From assembly GCF_000150275.1 (NCBI RefSeq), contig NW_002060950.1, forward strand, positions 1,352,106-1,416,105: a stretch of 64,000 nucleotides of DNA, written 5' to 3'. Below the pieces are notes generated by a model. It ran no database searches, was not told the DNA's origin, and saw only the letters and a program-made list of their open reading frames with translations. The DNA is from Trichoplax adhaerens (lineage: Eukaryota; Animalia; Placozoa). Positions 46,943 to 61,788 of the stretch are shown piece by piece. Every line of letters begins with the position of its first letter. Positions within the stretch are counted from its first letter, which is position 1. Made by a program: the position numbers and the translations under genes.

Positions 46943-49900
46943 TTACTTTTCACGAGTACTTTCTTCTAAATATATCAAATATAAACAAATCATATTCATA
47001 TCAAATATTAGTCGTATTAAAAATCAAATTATGTCATGAAACAATTGCTACATTTATCAATAATCTAGTGTAAACATATACACTATATGCCAGATATAAT
47101 TCGTATATTGAATGAATGTATCAACTGAAGGATTCTCTCAGCGAGTAAATATCTTGTTTAGTTATAATCAGTCCAATACATGATAATAGCGTGCTACATT
47201 TTTCATATATAACTATCAAAATCAAATGACGAAGAAATAGAGTAAATGAGCGACTCATCTTGTCTGAGTAATGTAAGTAACTTATGAGAAACTAACTCTT
47301 CTCCATTTTGCTCATTTACTAAATTAAGCCGTTCTTATTTCTTAAACGTATATTACTAAAACTATTTAGCCGTTAGCATCAACATTATAAAATTTTTTAA
47401 GTTAATTTTTAAATACCTAATTTAGAGGGTGCTATCAGTCCTGAATCATTATCGTAGTAAATGCGGGTACGATTGCGACGAATTTGGATATAAATTAAAA
47501 TCGCCACAATCAGTATAAGAGCCGGTACACCGATAGCCAAGCTATAAGTTAAGCCTATAGACGTAATCAATCGATTATAAAATTAAAATATCAATTTACC
47601 AACTGAAATAAAAAGCGAATATAGAATACGACAAAAGCAAACGCCGTAACAAAGTCATCTTCTTCTACAAAAAGTAATTATATTAAGTCTCTTCTACATC
47701 TCATGGTTAACAGTTGCAATAAAACTTAATAGTATAATCAACAAAAGCAGTAGTCTATACCTGCGTCTGATTTTACTTGCAATGTTTTGCACCAATAAGT
47801 TTTGCCTCGTAACATTTCTGTTTCAATTCCACCTTTACATTTATTTCCTGGTGTCTTACGATACGCTACTTCAGTAAATGTTGAATCATTTAAGCAAGTT
47901 TTTCGCTCTGCGGCAATGACAGTACATGTACCATCGCTTTGGATTTCAAAACCATAATTACATTGAAAATCTTCTTTAGTGCACAGACAAGGTGTAATAG
48001 TGTTATTTCCTGAATAACTATATTTATTGTAACAGCATGAATCAAACTTGCGTATACGATAACTGTATCTGGCTCCTAATAAACACTTTTCCTTATCATA
48101 TAGATCATAAGGATACCATTCAATATAATCGTTGTTGTTGCACTCACGAGATAAGACTGAGCGAAAGTTTAAGGTAGCAAAGACCCATCCGGAAACCATA
48201 TCATGACTTAAGACCACAGCTAACAGTGAATTAGTATCTGGTTGAGCAGGACCGAGATGCAACGTATTTAACGTTAAATTTGCTACTTGAATATCAGTAA
48301 ATGTTTGGCCACTATTGCAACTGTAACTAACATTAACAGTATTTCTTTGAAGCCCTCGTCCGGAGGCTAAGATAATCGATCCATGATTAAGAGCAGTATA
48401 AATACGATAGTAATGCGCTGATTGCACCCATGTAGCACCGCCATCATAAGATATATATATGGCTCTATCAACAGAAGTTAACTCCTTGCCATAGTTTCCT
48501 ATGCCCATAATAAGACCTGGTGCAGTTGAAGATGAGTAGAGAGCAGCTTCTGGCAAAAAATCGCCGGTTAAAACGTCTAAATGCAATGAGCAGGGAGCTC
48601 TACAATTAATAGGATTTCCGAAACGATCTTTCTTTGGTGGAATGATAGGATGCCAAGTGCCGCCTTTATTAAAGGAAATTAGCGAGACTAGGCTTGGTCG
48701 GCTTAAAAGTCCTTGTGCAGGTCTTTTAACTTGTGATACTATGTAAGTACCAGGCATACTAGCAATACTTGCAAAGCCTAGAAAGGAATATCCCAGCCTA
48801 TATAATAAATCGGAAGCAGCGTAAATATTCTTAATAGCTAAAGTGAAATAAGTTCCACTTTCGTCCGAGATGTAAAGATTGGTCAGATTCGATTGATGAT
48901 TAATTGCAATAATAATTTCGTCAGAACCAGAAATGATCACATGGAATCTCTAAAACAATTGAAATTATAATCAAAAATCAGCCTTTTACATTATCGGTAC
49001 GTTAGTACATTATAAACGAAACACATTAACAGTGCACATAATCTCTAAATATTTTATACGTCTTACAATTTTGATATCCTAATTAGCTCTAATCAAAATG
49101 TGATAACATTAATGTAAAAATTTTTATAGAGCTTGCGTTACTAAAAGAAGCGATTAGTAAAGCAGTCTTGTCAGATCAAATTGAATACAAAAATGCGAAT
49201 TACAGATAGAGTCAAGATCAAAATCGGCTTACTAAAGTACAACGATACCAATGTTATTAGTTGGATATAGTAATGGTATTAGTAAATAAGAATTGCAATC
49301 GTGCAAGCATTAAAACCTGTAACAGGGTTTTTATATTGAGCTTGCTATAGGACTATTATAGCCAAAAGTAAAGCGAATTATATTCCATTTGCACTATGCT
49401 TTATATACGTTGTAACAATTAATTCTAATCACAATTGTTAAGCACTAATCCTATAAGAATCTTTATTGAGTTTACGAAGGACTATTATAGACAAAAGTAA
49501 AGAATTATATTGTATTTACACTTTTGATTAATATATGTTGCAATTAATTTATTATTAGACAACACGGTATCAACAGTGCCATAAAGTTTATTTTAAATCT
49601 ATCATGAAATAACATTATCGGGTTAAATATCTGATGGGCTCTTCTTAAGTTTAGCCGCTGGCTACAAACTATCAAACCATTACTTCGATACCGTTTGTTC
49701 ATGTAAAAATAATTATTCCAAATTTTACCTACCCTTTTAGCCAGGGAAGACGGAAAATGAGCTATCCTGAATGGATTGTCATTTTGAGAAACGTATAAAA
49801 GAGGCCGAGATGTATTTACATCGTTAACCTGATGGAGAAAATATCAAATTTATAACAATTTGCATCTATTCTTTAACATCAATATAAGTATTTATGCCAC

Positions 49901-52900
49901 TAGATGGTCAATCTGCTATTTTATAATTAGCTATATCCATGTATTTACGTATATTAGAGCATTATTTATTGTATCAGAATAACTCTAAGAGAATCGCGTA
50001 CCGTACTAACCCGTACATGTTCTACATTATTAATCTACGAACTTTAAAAGCAAGTAATAATAATTAAAACGCTATTCCAGATTACTGATCGGCTATAGCA
50101 TTGATTTCTTCCAAAGTTAATACAAATTTACTAATTGCGATATACAACTTAATCCACGCATTTACGATTATAAAAGCATTATTTATTCTACCAAAATAAC
50201 TGTATGAAATCGTGTATTGTAATTGTCCGTATATTTTCTAAATTTAATCTGTAAGCTTGAGCGGCAACTAATAATAATTAAAAACGCTATGAAAGATTAC
50301 TGATTGACTATAGTACTCATTTCTTACCAAAGTCATCACAAATTTACCAACAACAAGTAAATTTCCAGGAGCTGCATCTGTCATTTGTGGATCTAAATCT
50401 CCTTTTTCCATGGTCAGAGTGTTACAATAGCGAATTCTAGTTGAAAAGCCGTCGGCGTTTAGATACTCGTAATAGACTTTATAAATATTACTACCAGATT
50501 TTGCCGTTGACCTAGTAGTAGTAATTGTAGAGAAATTAATTACCTACAATTCAACTCAAATTCAATTGATTCAATTGACCTCATATGCGTGTTATCGTAT
50601 TACCAATGAAAGTTTCTGACACGATCATCAATAAGATTCCACTTTACGCTAATATCCCTGGACACATATAACTACATCGGAGAAGATTGGTGTAAGAAAT
50701 GCGATATTTTTAGTATCGACGATCAATTCATACATCTCAGATATGAAATCAGGTTGATAAGAACTAATCGTCGTCGTTCCATATATTCATAGTTAAGCTG
50801 TCATTCGAAGTTTTTTACAACTACAAATTATAAATTTATAGTCGTATTGCCAATAATATCAATTTTAAAGGAATGGTATGCTACATTTTATATGCTATTT
50901 GTATGATATTATTGAGAATAATTCCAGGACATTATATATTATCTATAAATATTTAAATTTTTTAATAACTTTGATGGGCAAAGTTTGTAATTATTCTTTC
51001 TCATAAGGAATAAACTCTAGACCACTTACTTTCTTAGTGTAACTGTCATAGGCTGTAACATAATTACCAATATTAGCATCGGTACGAAAGCGTAATACAG
51101 CTGGACTGAAATCTAATGTCCTCGTTGTAAAGGTCTTGCCAATATCCCGGGATACATAAATGCGACGACTGTTACGAGCATCTATCATAACGAGCTATTA
51201 AATATAGGCAAAAAATATATATGCAGTCAATTATTAATAGTATAAAAATCTTACAGTCCTTTTAAGAAGCGAAAAAAACATTTTCTGCTGGTTTCAAATT
51301 TACAATTGACTTTGATTTAATTATTTAATAGAGGAAAGTTGAATTGCGTAATTGTATAAAATAAGAAATTTCTATTTTTGAATCCTAATCGAAAATATTT
51401 CCGACTTCAATTTGTCCTTCATGAATGATAGACAGCATCATCAAGTACGGATTATATAATATTAATTCAACAAATAGCCATTATCTTTTGCAATATTCCT
51501 GGGTAGCATAAACTTTTCGCTATCTAAATACTAATTTGAGCAAAGAGAATTTTAGCCTTACTTTCTAATGATTGATTAACGATTCAATATCAGTTCATCT
51601 AATTTAATTGCATTAGTTCATGTTTAAATTGCAATATTAGGTATAGCGGGAAATATGAATTACTGTAAACGTAGGCCCAAATCTGTCTTTAAAGTATTCT
51701 TATGCTATGGTAGTGTGACATAGAAGCATATAGATCGTTGCAGTGTGTATGGTCAGATATAAGAATAATAAAGATATTATCATAAATCTAAATATAGCTC
51801 TATCAATAAAACATTCTTATATAAAGGCAACGAAAAAAAAACGTGCAATTTCAATGACATCGTAATACTTCGTTTTATTTAGTCAAAAAATGAAAACAGA
51901 GAATTGGTTTAACAATTGCTTCGATTTTATAGCCTGCTAAATTATCGTATAAATCAATAAAACTGACGATTTACGACATATTCTGATTTATACACTTGTA
52001 GAAGAATGATTTTTTAAGCTGTTCATTATAACAAATGAACATGAATGATAACAAACCTGATTAGGAGATTCGTAATTATAATCCCAACGCTGAATTAAAA
52101 TCTTCTCAAAAAACCATGATCGTGCAAAGGTAGCTCCATTATCTTCTGACCTAATAGCCACCCAAATAATACAAATCAATCGTTTAGAACCTTGACAGTG
52201 AAACCTATCATTGCCCTAGTTAGAGTTTTATCAATATTATACCAGAAGAAATAGCTATTAGTGATTTTTCTTACTCATTTATTTTATGATTCTGCAATAG
52301 ATTTGCAGATAATCCATTAAATTTTGCTACCTCCGTAGATAATATCATACGGTAATACAATTAAGTTTATGTTTATGTTCATATTAGTGAATGAATTTAC
52401 GAGTATATTGATGAAGGAAATACAGTTAGTTTCGCATGAACATTGGTATTTAAAGTCCTTTTGATCTGCTTTATTTTTCGTTTATGAGATTTTTAGCGAT
52501 TAGAGTAAGAAATATAGGATATAGACGCAATAAATATGGTACATAAAGTAATATAATATTTCTGTAGGTGTCATCTGCCATTATCTACTACGATGTCAAT
52601 TATTATTCAAGCTACATATTATGAATGAGTATAGGCAATTAACAGTGACTGAATACGCGTAAAATCTCTTATGTGCCACTTTCTAAGAATATTGTACCAA
52701 GCTTTCGAATCCATTTAAATTATCCCAAATCTGCCCCTTAACATTTGCTTTAGAATCAATTAATCTGCATTTATCCATATAAAATCGCTTGCTGTATGTC
52801 AGCCTTAATATAGTTCTATATCAAACTACGTCATGTTCACCTGTAAAAATTGGTAGTAGAAATTCGGCCCTGTCTATCGCGTCTTGATGTCAGGATCAGA

Positions 52901-55900
52901 ATTATCTAGAAATAGAAAATTAAATAGCAATCATTGTATGCGAACACAAACTAACAGAAATAGAAAATTTCTAATTTGATGTCTTGGGGAGTCATTAAAA
53001 ATTGTACTACTCCAACAAAAATTAAAATTAGGTCTATCCAGATATCAAGTAATATTACTCTCCATTGCTAAAGATTCCGTAAAAATACTAAATTTTCATT
53101 AAAATGCTTGGAAGTTAAAATTATAAATTGTATCCTAGAGAAGGCTACCTACGCTTGAAATACTTTTTTCCATGCGACGAAAATTCTACTACTGTCATTT
53201 GATATTAAGGTTGGAAAGAATGTTTAGTCATTTATATATATATAGTAACCTATGTATACACGGGTATATGGCAATGTGAAACTAGTTCTCTCCCTCTCTT
53301 AAGAATATCTTTGACGAAAAGTCAACAGTAATTGCTCGTCAACCTAGGTCTGGGTAGTAAACTAGCAGCTTTAGCAAGTGATTGAATAACTAGTACTATT
53401 ATGCTTTAAATACTAAAGCAATAAGGCTATAATCAATGCTGTAGATGATTATAGCCTCATCCATAATAACTTAAAAGATATCAATTTCGCATGTTTTTAA
53501 ACTTATCGTTCATCAAGATTATTTCCTATGTATGTTTATCGATAGATGTTGCTTACCAGGGCTAAGGTAATTATTCAATTTGTGTACGTTAGTTAAAGAA
53601 AGTATTCAATCTTATGCACGAGATCTTATATTTTATATATATAACGAAGCATTTTATTACGAATGAACAATTTTTTTACGTTTTTATGATACCATTCAAT
53701 ATGGCAGATATAGAAGGTACCAAAATAACTCTATCCTCGACATCTTAGCCAAATATGGCGTATTGGATACGTCCTTGCTATTCATTCATGATATGATTCC
53801 ATATGATAGAATAGATTCGGTTTTATTATCGTAGTAATACAGTAGGTACCAAAATCACTCTATTAGCAACATTCCAGGTAAATATAGCATATTTGATGTC
53901 CTTAGTATTCATTCATCATAGGATGCAATACGGTAGACTAGATTCGATTTTATCATTACAGTAAGTACCAAAATGACTCTATTATCGATATCTCAGTTAA
54001 ATATAGCGTATTTGATACAGCCTTAATATTGATTTACGTATATTTTCATTACCTCATTCGGGACTTCTTAATTTTTTACCTTAAGTCACTTATCACTTAG
54101 TAAATTAACTCAATTTAACCGATGTAAGAAAGCTATGGAATCCCTCGCCATAGACTATATCTTGGAAGCGTATCAATCTACGTAGATTCCTTTAATCACC
54201 ATCTAACTATCCACTGCTAGTATATTATCTATCATACAATATCATATCGCACCCGTGAATAAACTAAAAGAAAAGATACTATGAGATAATAATCTATGGC
54301 ATATGTGCCTTCTTTTTTCAGAGAACCAATGCAAAATTTTTTTAATTAGATTCCGTAGATTAGATTTTTTAATTATCGCTAGCAAAATTTATAGTCGTCA
54401 AAGCACTAATGTATTGAGAATATTCACTGCATGCATTGCTATGGATATCACATCATGAATCAAATTGGTAAAATCTGCAGATATCAGATAAATAGTTCGA
54501 TATCAAATAGAAAGATTGCATGCTTAGATTTTTTGATTGAACATTGCTTATTAAACTCCTTGTCGAGATAATTTATAATATTGCTCGATACAACAATTTT
54601 GCCTGTAATACAGATTAAATAATCATCCGCTGTCTATGGTTGTTTACATTGATGCCCAATCAGTAATAGTTCAAGGGTACCAATAGAGCGGAATCATACC
54701 AGTGACTATTACGATGCCACTACCAGGCACGTAAAAGAAATAAACAGTCTAAAAATCTATTTAATGGTTGGGGATTACCATATAGATGATTCATGATTGG
54801 TTATTACTGACAGGAAATATCAGCATGATTACATTATCTGTAATAAAAAATTTTAAATCTTGTTTATACTATGTAATAATTGCCAGAGCAAACTATACTA
54901 ATACAGTATATAAGTCTATTATAGTGGTCATCGATCAAATCTGCAACAAAATGGCATTTGCAATTGTAAAAGATCTACTATACAGTAGTACGCGTATATC
55001 ATTTACAGTGTAGGGAGTGCTACAGAAATAAAGATTATTTAGATCGTGGCAACTCTTAGGTGTGCTCTCAAGAATGGCCATGAACTTCATGGTTGGCTGT
55101 ACGTATAAAATAGACAAGATGCAATGTCGATAGAGGTGGCTAAGGAGCAATGAATTGCAAAAGTGGCACCGAAGGGTGCAGAATGATAAAAAGAAAATGT
55201 TAAAGTGTGTTATATCATCTTCGTATAACATCTGCAAATCCCCGTCAGTACGGCAAATCATTTTAACATATTTTTATATTGAAGATAATACAGTTAGTGT
55301 ATGAATGGGCATATGAGGGAAAATAAGGAATCTAGATATACGTATTACATCAACCTAAGCAAAATGTATGACATTAAAATGAACTTTTAGCCCAATTGAT
55401 ACATTCTATGGAGGTTAAAGAAGACTAGCAAGAATTTTACCTCTTAAAATTTTCTTTCTTTAGAACGAAGGGTTAGAAACGTTATACTATAACTTAATTT
55501 GTTCAGAGTGTGTATGCTACCATGATTTTACATTTAGTGTAGTTGGTGCACTACTGTACTATAGTCTTCAATTGAATCAACTTTAACTTTTTTTACGAGT
55601 TAAAGAATAAAGTAATAGACGACATTAGTATAACAGCATGGAAACGATGAAGGTTTATTAACTGTGATGATAGTATATCTATTTTTTATTATACTGATAT
55701 TGCGGAAACCTTGATTGTACTCGTACTCGCAGCAATTAGCGATCGTTAAGTAACATATCCTAATTACTAGGTGCTGAAAGAACTTCTCTGCATATTCGTT
55801 TTGCGATTTAATGTTATAGAATTGTAATAACTAGGTTAACTAGCTGAGATAGGAATCATCTTGTTTACGCTTAAAGCTATTTTTACTACTGCACTACGCC

Positions 55901-57398
55901 AACCAGTACTGCTTCAGACATTTGATATTAGCGAATAATACCGTTCACTCCAATATTCTAATAACCCTCAAAATGAACATGGCGTGATGCAACTGTCAAC
56001 AAGACTACCAGCTCTGACTCATAGATTACATTGTAATTCTACTCGCTTGATTTACAATTTTCTTGACTAAATATGATTCAACTCTAACTTTCGAATTACG
56101 GACTTTGGCTGTAGCAGTTCTAAATCTGTAAAATTCAATCATCAGTCCTGCCTATAGCAAGTACTGCATCTTGTACATGGCTATAACAATATTAAAGATG
56201 AGAAATAACTATCACAGAACGTCTCAAATCGTATCTATAAGAAATAGATTGCAACTACCTGTGGCTATTCCCTCTATTAAATGCGAAACCAATTTTGCGA
56301 GTCATAATCACAATATACGGTAGCAGATGAAAATATCGTGATGAGGTACTTTATCGCTGTGGTAATTTATAAGTTGCACAAACTTTGATAGCTTCCAAAA
56401 GCCTTCTGGTATGGATATTATTATTATTACCTTAAGAGCCGTGGTTCTAAAACCACATCGAAAATTAGTTTGCTTATATATAGTAGGAACACTAACGGCC
56501 AGGAAGTATTTCAAATTGATTTCCTAATCGAAATTATGGGTGGCCTTCGACTGTACAAATTAAGTGCGATGTAATCACTTTTACGCAGGACTTATCCAAA
56601 ACGATTTTAGCTTTCAATCACCTTTAAACTCAAATTTTTACTAGATATTAACGTAAACGAGTAAACTGCGACCGTACCTTAGGTCGCTCTAAAAACAGAT
56701 GTGTGTTGTTTAGTTATTTAACATTGCAAGCCTATAGGAAGCGAAGATCGCATCCATTTCGAAAAAAAATCACTTTATCAACCACTTTGTTCGCTTTAAG
56801 AAATATGTAAGCGAAGCTGCCTACTCGTTCAGATATCAATATGATAGAATTGAAATAAAGCATTGTATGCTAAGGAGATATGTAGCATTAAAACAAATTG
56901 CTTTCCTAGGATATCTTATACTGAAGTTAGGTTAGTAGGTCTAGTGTGAAATTTAAAATGTAACGAGGTAGTGGCTTAAAAGCAATAAGTTATAACCTGA
57001 TCCTTTTCTGATCATAGGACTGAAGGAAGTAAGGTTTAATATATCAATATTACCTTAGTGTTTCTTCCCACAAATCTAGTTTGTGCTGAGGTTGTAAAGT
57101 CGGGAATTGTAAATACATTGATAATTTTCTTTTTTGCCGTTCTATCGAAACCAGCAATATTTCGAAGACGCCGATTGAATCCACGACGATGAGAAGCCTT
57201 CGATTGTGATGAAAATTGCTCAGCAATTGCTCGACCGATTAAATGTTGGTTATCGTATTTTGGATCAATATCAATTTCATAAGATGTTTCTTGACTGGAC
57301 GAAGTATCGGAATAGTGAAGTAATCTAGCCGATTCACCATCGACAGATGCAATTATTACTACGGCTATCGCCAAATAACAAATCGTGCCCAACTTCAT
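46943..57398 (-). CDS. Vps10p-domain type I receptor B, about 788 aa, 10 exons (last exon uncertain)
   Basis: Phase-consistent exons: 57398-57054, 52905-52841, 52150-52057, 51194-51030, 50671-50604, 50511-50328, 49828-49733, 48949-47761, 47554-47417, putative 46965-46943. Signal peptide, RRLR furin-type site, Asp-boxes (SEDNGATF, SRDIGKTF, SYDGGATW), 10CC, TM. Introns 1-8 have the same phases as in receptor A. Confidence 0.88.
47761..48949 (-). CDS. Receptor B large exon 8
   Basis: ttttag acceptor, RFHVIISGSDEIIIAINH...VKSDA, gtatag donor; ORF 47738-48940. Confidence 0.93.
49349..49550 (+). repeat. Short intronic direct duplication (about 70 bp x2)
   Basis: aggactattatag.caaaagtaaag..aattatatt at about 49349 and 49478. 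Confidence 0.7.
50055..50350 (+). repeat. Duplicated exon 6/intron 6 junction of receptor B (50055-50135 vs 50268-50350)
   Basis: taataataattaaaa..cgctat...agattactgat.g.ctatag.a...atttctt(a)ccaaagt...acaaatttac occurs twice. Confidence 0.75.
53716..54035 (+). repeat. Degenerate tandem repeat, about 120-128 bp unit x 2.6, in receptor B intron 1
   Basis: a.gtaccaaaat.actctat...aaatat.gc.tatt.gat...cctt..tatt recurs three times. Confidence 0.85.
57054..57398 (-). CDS. Receptor B exon 1: signal peptide and propeptide
   Basis: ATG 57398 MKLGTICYLAIAVVIIASVDG, RRGFNRRLR, ends RFVGRNTK|gtaata. Confidence 0.88.
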
Positions 57399-60300
57399 GG
57401 TCAATTGCAACACATTCAATGTATCTGAAATGTCCCTTAGATACTATCGGATGATTATAAACTGAAACAAAATTGAAGCAGTTGTCATTGCTTGTAATTT
57501 TGACTTACTCAGTAGCTTTTATGATATCTCCAACTATGCATACCATTACGTAGCTGGGTTAAGAGGCGTTAGGATAGTTCGTACGATAATTTATTTATTT
57601 ATCCAATGATGGAATGCTTACCCAACAGTATTGCACCAGGAGGACGATTCCTAAGCCATCACACCTGTATTTAACTGTCATCATCATCAATAATGCTCTT
57701 AACTTTTGCACTGTCGGCGCAATTGGTCGGGAAGTTGACGGACAATTTTCGATATTTATAATTTAACCTTGATTGACAAGCTTTACTGCTAATAAGAAAA
57801 CATAACCGTAAGTATCACCATGAATCACTATTTATTTATACCAAGGTTGTTATGATCCTCGATCCGTGCAAGAATTGGCAATACTGTACATACTCATCTT
57901 GATTCTAACTGATTAGTAATTCGTTTAATATCAGTAACTAAAGGTTTATATATATATATACAAAAGTTATCTGTAATTATTTTCAATTTACTTCCTATAA
58001 AGGAGTCATTTTAAATAATAATCAATCTTGATTCCTTCCATATATATAATAAATAATTGATGATTGGGCAATTGTATTATTCTAAATTGGATATAAATAT
58101 GTATACAGGCGGAAAGTACGACAAGAATAGAATAAATCAATCTTCAACTTGAAAATAGGAAAGACAACATCTGTTAATAGTTATTATTTTAAAAACTTGC
58201 ATACTTGCACCAATTAATTCTAATTAGTGGACAATAAAAAATTTACATTATTTATTGTTTTATTTAATGTTCGTAGAAGTATTAAATAAAATACAAGACT
58301 ACAACAAGATGCTTACAAACATTTATCTTCTACGCCTATATTCCTTATATGAATCATGGATTCGTGCAATATTTTGATGACAGCTAAATCGTTTATTCAA
58401 ACACTAAAAAATAGTTCGTCTAGACCTACTTGCGGAGACTGGCAGTTTCATTAAGTTACAAATGTTACTTTCACAAATATTTATATGTAGTTAAAATAGA
58501 TTCACATATTCGGCACTTTTTCTACTTTATAGAAAGCCTAAATTTTACACTTAGTATCTTATATACGTAACAAAGATCTATATTGAGAGTGTAAGCAAAT
58601 TTTGATATCTAATAATAGTATCAGCGTACTTCATTTGCTATTCCTACCCTCTAAATTATGACAATATATAAGTGCATATCTGTATTAACCAAAACATTGA
58701 AAATTCAATTTTTACTTTAATAAATTCGATCAGAATAGGAAACTTTCACGTATTTCGCTTCATCTCAGCCGATAATTTATATGAAATAGCAGGGCAACTA
58801 TATATATCTAATCAATTAATCCATAATACTCATGATAATTGTCATGTAATATAAAATGAAATTCAACCGATACTGGTTCATTTCAACAAGTTATTGGTAA
58901 AAACAATTTCAGTAAGCACATAATCTAGATATACGGGCATCTAGGGTGAGAAAGGAAAATGTTTTACAGCGATAATTATAATTTAATGTACGACTGATAA
59001 AGCTATACTACGGTATTTACGTCATCAACCTGGAAAGTATAAGCTTATAGCTATTAATTCACTGAAATATTAGTCGAATGTTGGCCGAGATGGTTTATTC
59101 AGGACTTTCTGACAACTTCCATAAATTTATCAGCTGTATTTCTGAGTAATTATATTTATCTGCTTGTAATCGAGTATTCGTAACTGAATGAAAAAATGGG
59201 CACTTTTATTTGCAATAATATAGACAAATTTTATTCTAATTTCGATAAATTTAGTATATGGCTGTTGCAACAACAGTATTGAAGACAAAAGAAATCTCTC
59301 TCTAAAATAATTTAATGCTGGTTGAAAGAGTTTTGGCAATGATCTAACCGACAGAAATATAATCTATGCATTTATCTTCATTACGTCAGTGCTATATACT
59401 AATTATATATATTATGGATGATTATCGAATTTTCTTGATAATAAAGTAACCGCTAGGTGAATTAAACTTTAACTTAAAGGAGATATACAGCTTTTACACA
59501 TTTTACAATAATTATGATTCAAATTTACCCGCACTATAACAAGTCCAAATAGGCTTATATTATGTTGCTATTGTTACCTTTACTAGAAAAAAAAATTACG
59601 ATTTTGGTTTTTGCAAAACTGAAGCAATGGCAATTAAAGCCTAGAGATTTAGCATAGCAGAATACTGCATTAATATTTAGTCAATTCTAAACTGGCTAAC
59701 TAATATTTTTAATACCTAAAAGATTTTACATAACTACTGTAACTATTAGAAATTTTACTAAATTTCTGTACGATACCAAGGTTAATTACATTAACTTTTC
59801 CCATTGATAATTTAATCATTTATGACATGTTTATTGCGTAAGAGTTCTACAAATTTAACGATAGTAGATTATATAAATTTGAGCCTTAAATAAAAATAAT
59901 CGTTTTCACTGTCTTTCATTGGATGGATATGTATTTTATCTAGCAGGTTAACTACCGTACATTTAAGCTTTACTCAACCAGCTAGTAAAAGTTTCATAGA
60001 TCTCAGTATAGGCCGCTTCTCTCAGATAATAAATAAGATTTAATCCAATTTATTGACTATATGTTTGCTGAGTAAGAGTACATAAATTCAATTTAGTAAA
60101 TGCAGGATGTTAATCTTGGCTATGAGTATTCTGATCATCTGATTTATACCCATTGGACCAGTGCACTATCCTCCTAGGCAAATAAATTACTTTATATTTG
60201 GTCTTAAGTATGCAAACTTTTTTTAGTTAATACGTGACAATCCATGCCATCTAGCCCAAGATACAGATCAACTTTGATGTAGATTAATTGATCGGATTTG

Positions 60301-61788
60301 ATCCAGTTAATACAGTGAACAAAATTCAAATACGACAAAAAAATTAATCGTAGCGAGGATGAAGCCGACCGTCTGTGGTATTTTCAAAGCATGAATATCT
60401 AATTAGTACAGCATGCTTATAAGCCAAATGGTTATAACTTTAATCGAGTAATAAAGTTATGAACGAAATACGATCCGCGTTCGTTTAACCAATTGTACGT
60501 ACTCAGGATATTAATTTTATGAATAATCAGTAGTACAATCGCTGCTCCATGATCAAAAGCGAGTAAAAGGTTGGTTGCATTTTCTGTTTGACTAAAGTTG
60601 GTGAGCTGATGTTTTGTTACTACTGCACACCGAATTAATCATGGCTTTCGTTGTAGATCTATGGGTCCGTTGATATATTTATTGACCATGACTGAACAAA
60701 AAAATACTCAGAAATGACAAAATTAACGTTTAGTACTATCAATGCTTTTATTGATTTACAGTCGTTCTGTTGGAAAAGAAATTATTCTTTTATATGATTA
60801 AACTCTTAATTTACAAATACCTGATGTACTGTAATTAAAAAATTTTAGTACTTACAATAATAATCGTAGGGTACCGGCTAGAACTATTAATATTATATTC
60901 GGTGTAAACCACTACCTATAATAAATGTATAATTTGTTACTTATAACGCCATTTTTAACAAGCATCCGATTTATTTATAATAAGACTGCCAAAAAGTCAT
61001 TCTAACTTATATATTACTTACGAATAAACTATTTTAGATAAATATTATCCTGTATTTCATTATCTCGTTAAATTCTAACTGACAGTAAAAGTGTAGCAGA
61101 CAGCCACTACCAACTATTGTTGGTAAGCGGTGAGGTTCATAAAATTTTTTTTTGCAGTGAAAGCAGAACTAACCTGCTCTATTGATCCTACTTTATTCGT
61201 TATAATCATATAAATATATCACCGTCACAGCTTATATAATGTTCAGCTGAAAAGCTAAACTATGAATAAAGTAGGTGAACGCACAGTGAAATTTTTCTGG
61301 AATATCATTACATGGGCAACATCTCGTTGAGATAATCTAGAAGCTTACATGTAGCTCCTACTCACTTTCTATTACTGTTACTACCTAAGATGCATTACAA
61401 TACAAAACGACACGGTAGTAATATCTACTGAATTGCTGCAACATGTTACAGAAATAACTGTTTAATAATCTATCAGTTACAAATTACCTACATTCTACAC
61501 CTACATAACAGGTAATATCTTTTACCCCTACAGCATTTATGTTCATTTTTATTAACGATATAATGCAAAATGACTCCTTCTCTGAGCATAACTTGACATT
61601 AACTGATTTAAGTACCGCATGAATATGAGAGAAGAAAAGTAATGGTAAATATTTTGAGTAAAGATTACATGAAATTTTATTATTTGAAACTCTATAGAAT
61701 AACTTATACTAAAATAAATTTAAAAAAATCGTCTCATTTAAAGAAGATATCATATAGAGCCTCCCTTTCTATTTCAGACTTTAATACT

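Noticed and set aside
54935-55261. GC-richer patch with a Cys-rich reading and a 108-aa ORF in receptor B intron 1
   Set aside because: Multiple stops on the plus strand and no recognisable family; possibly an old insertion but not supportable
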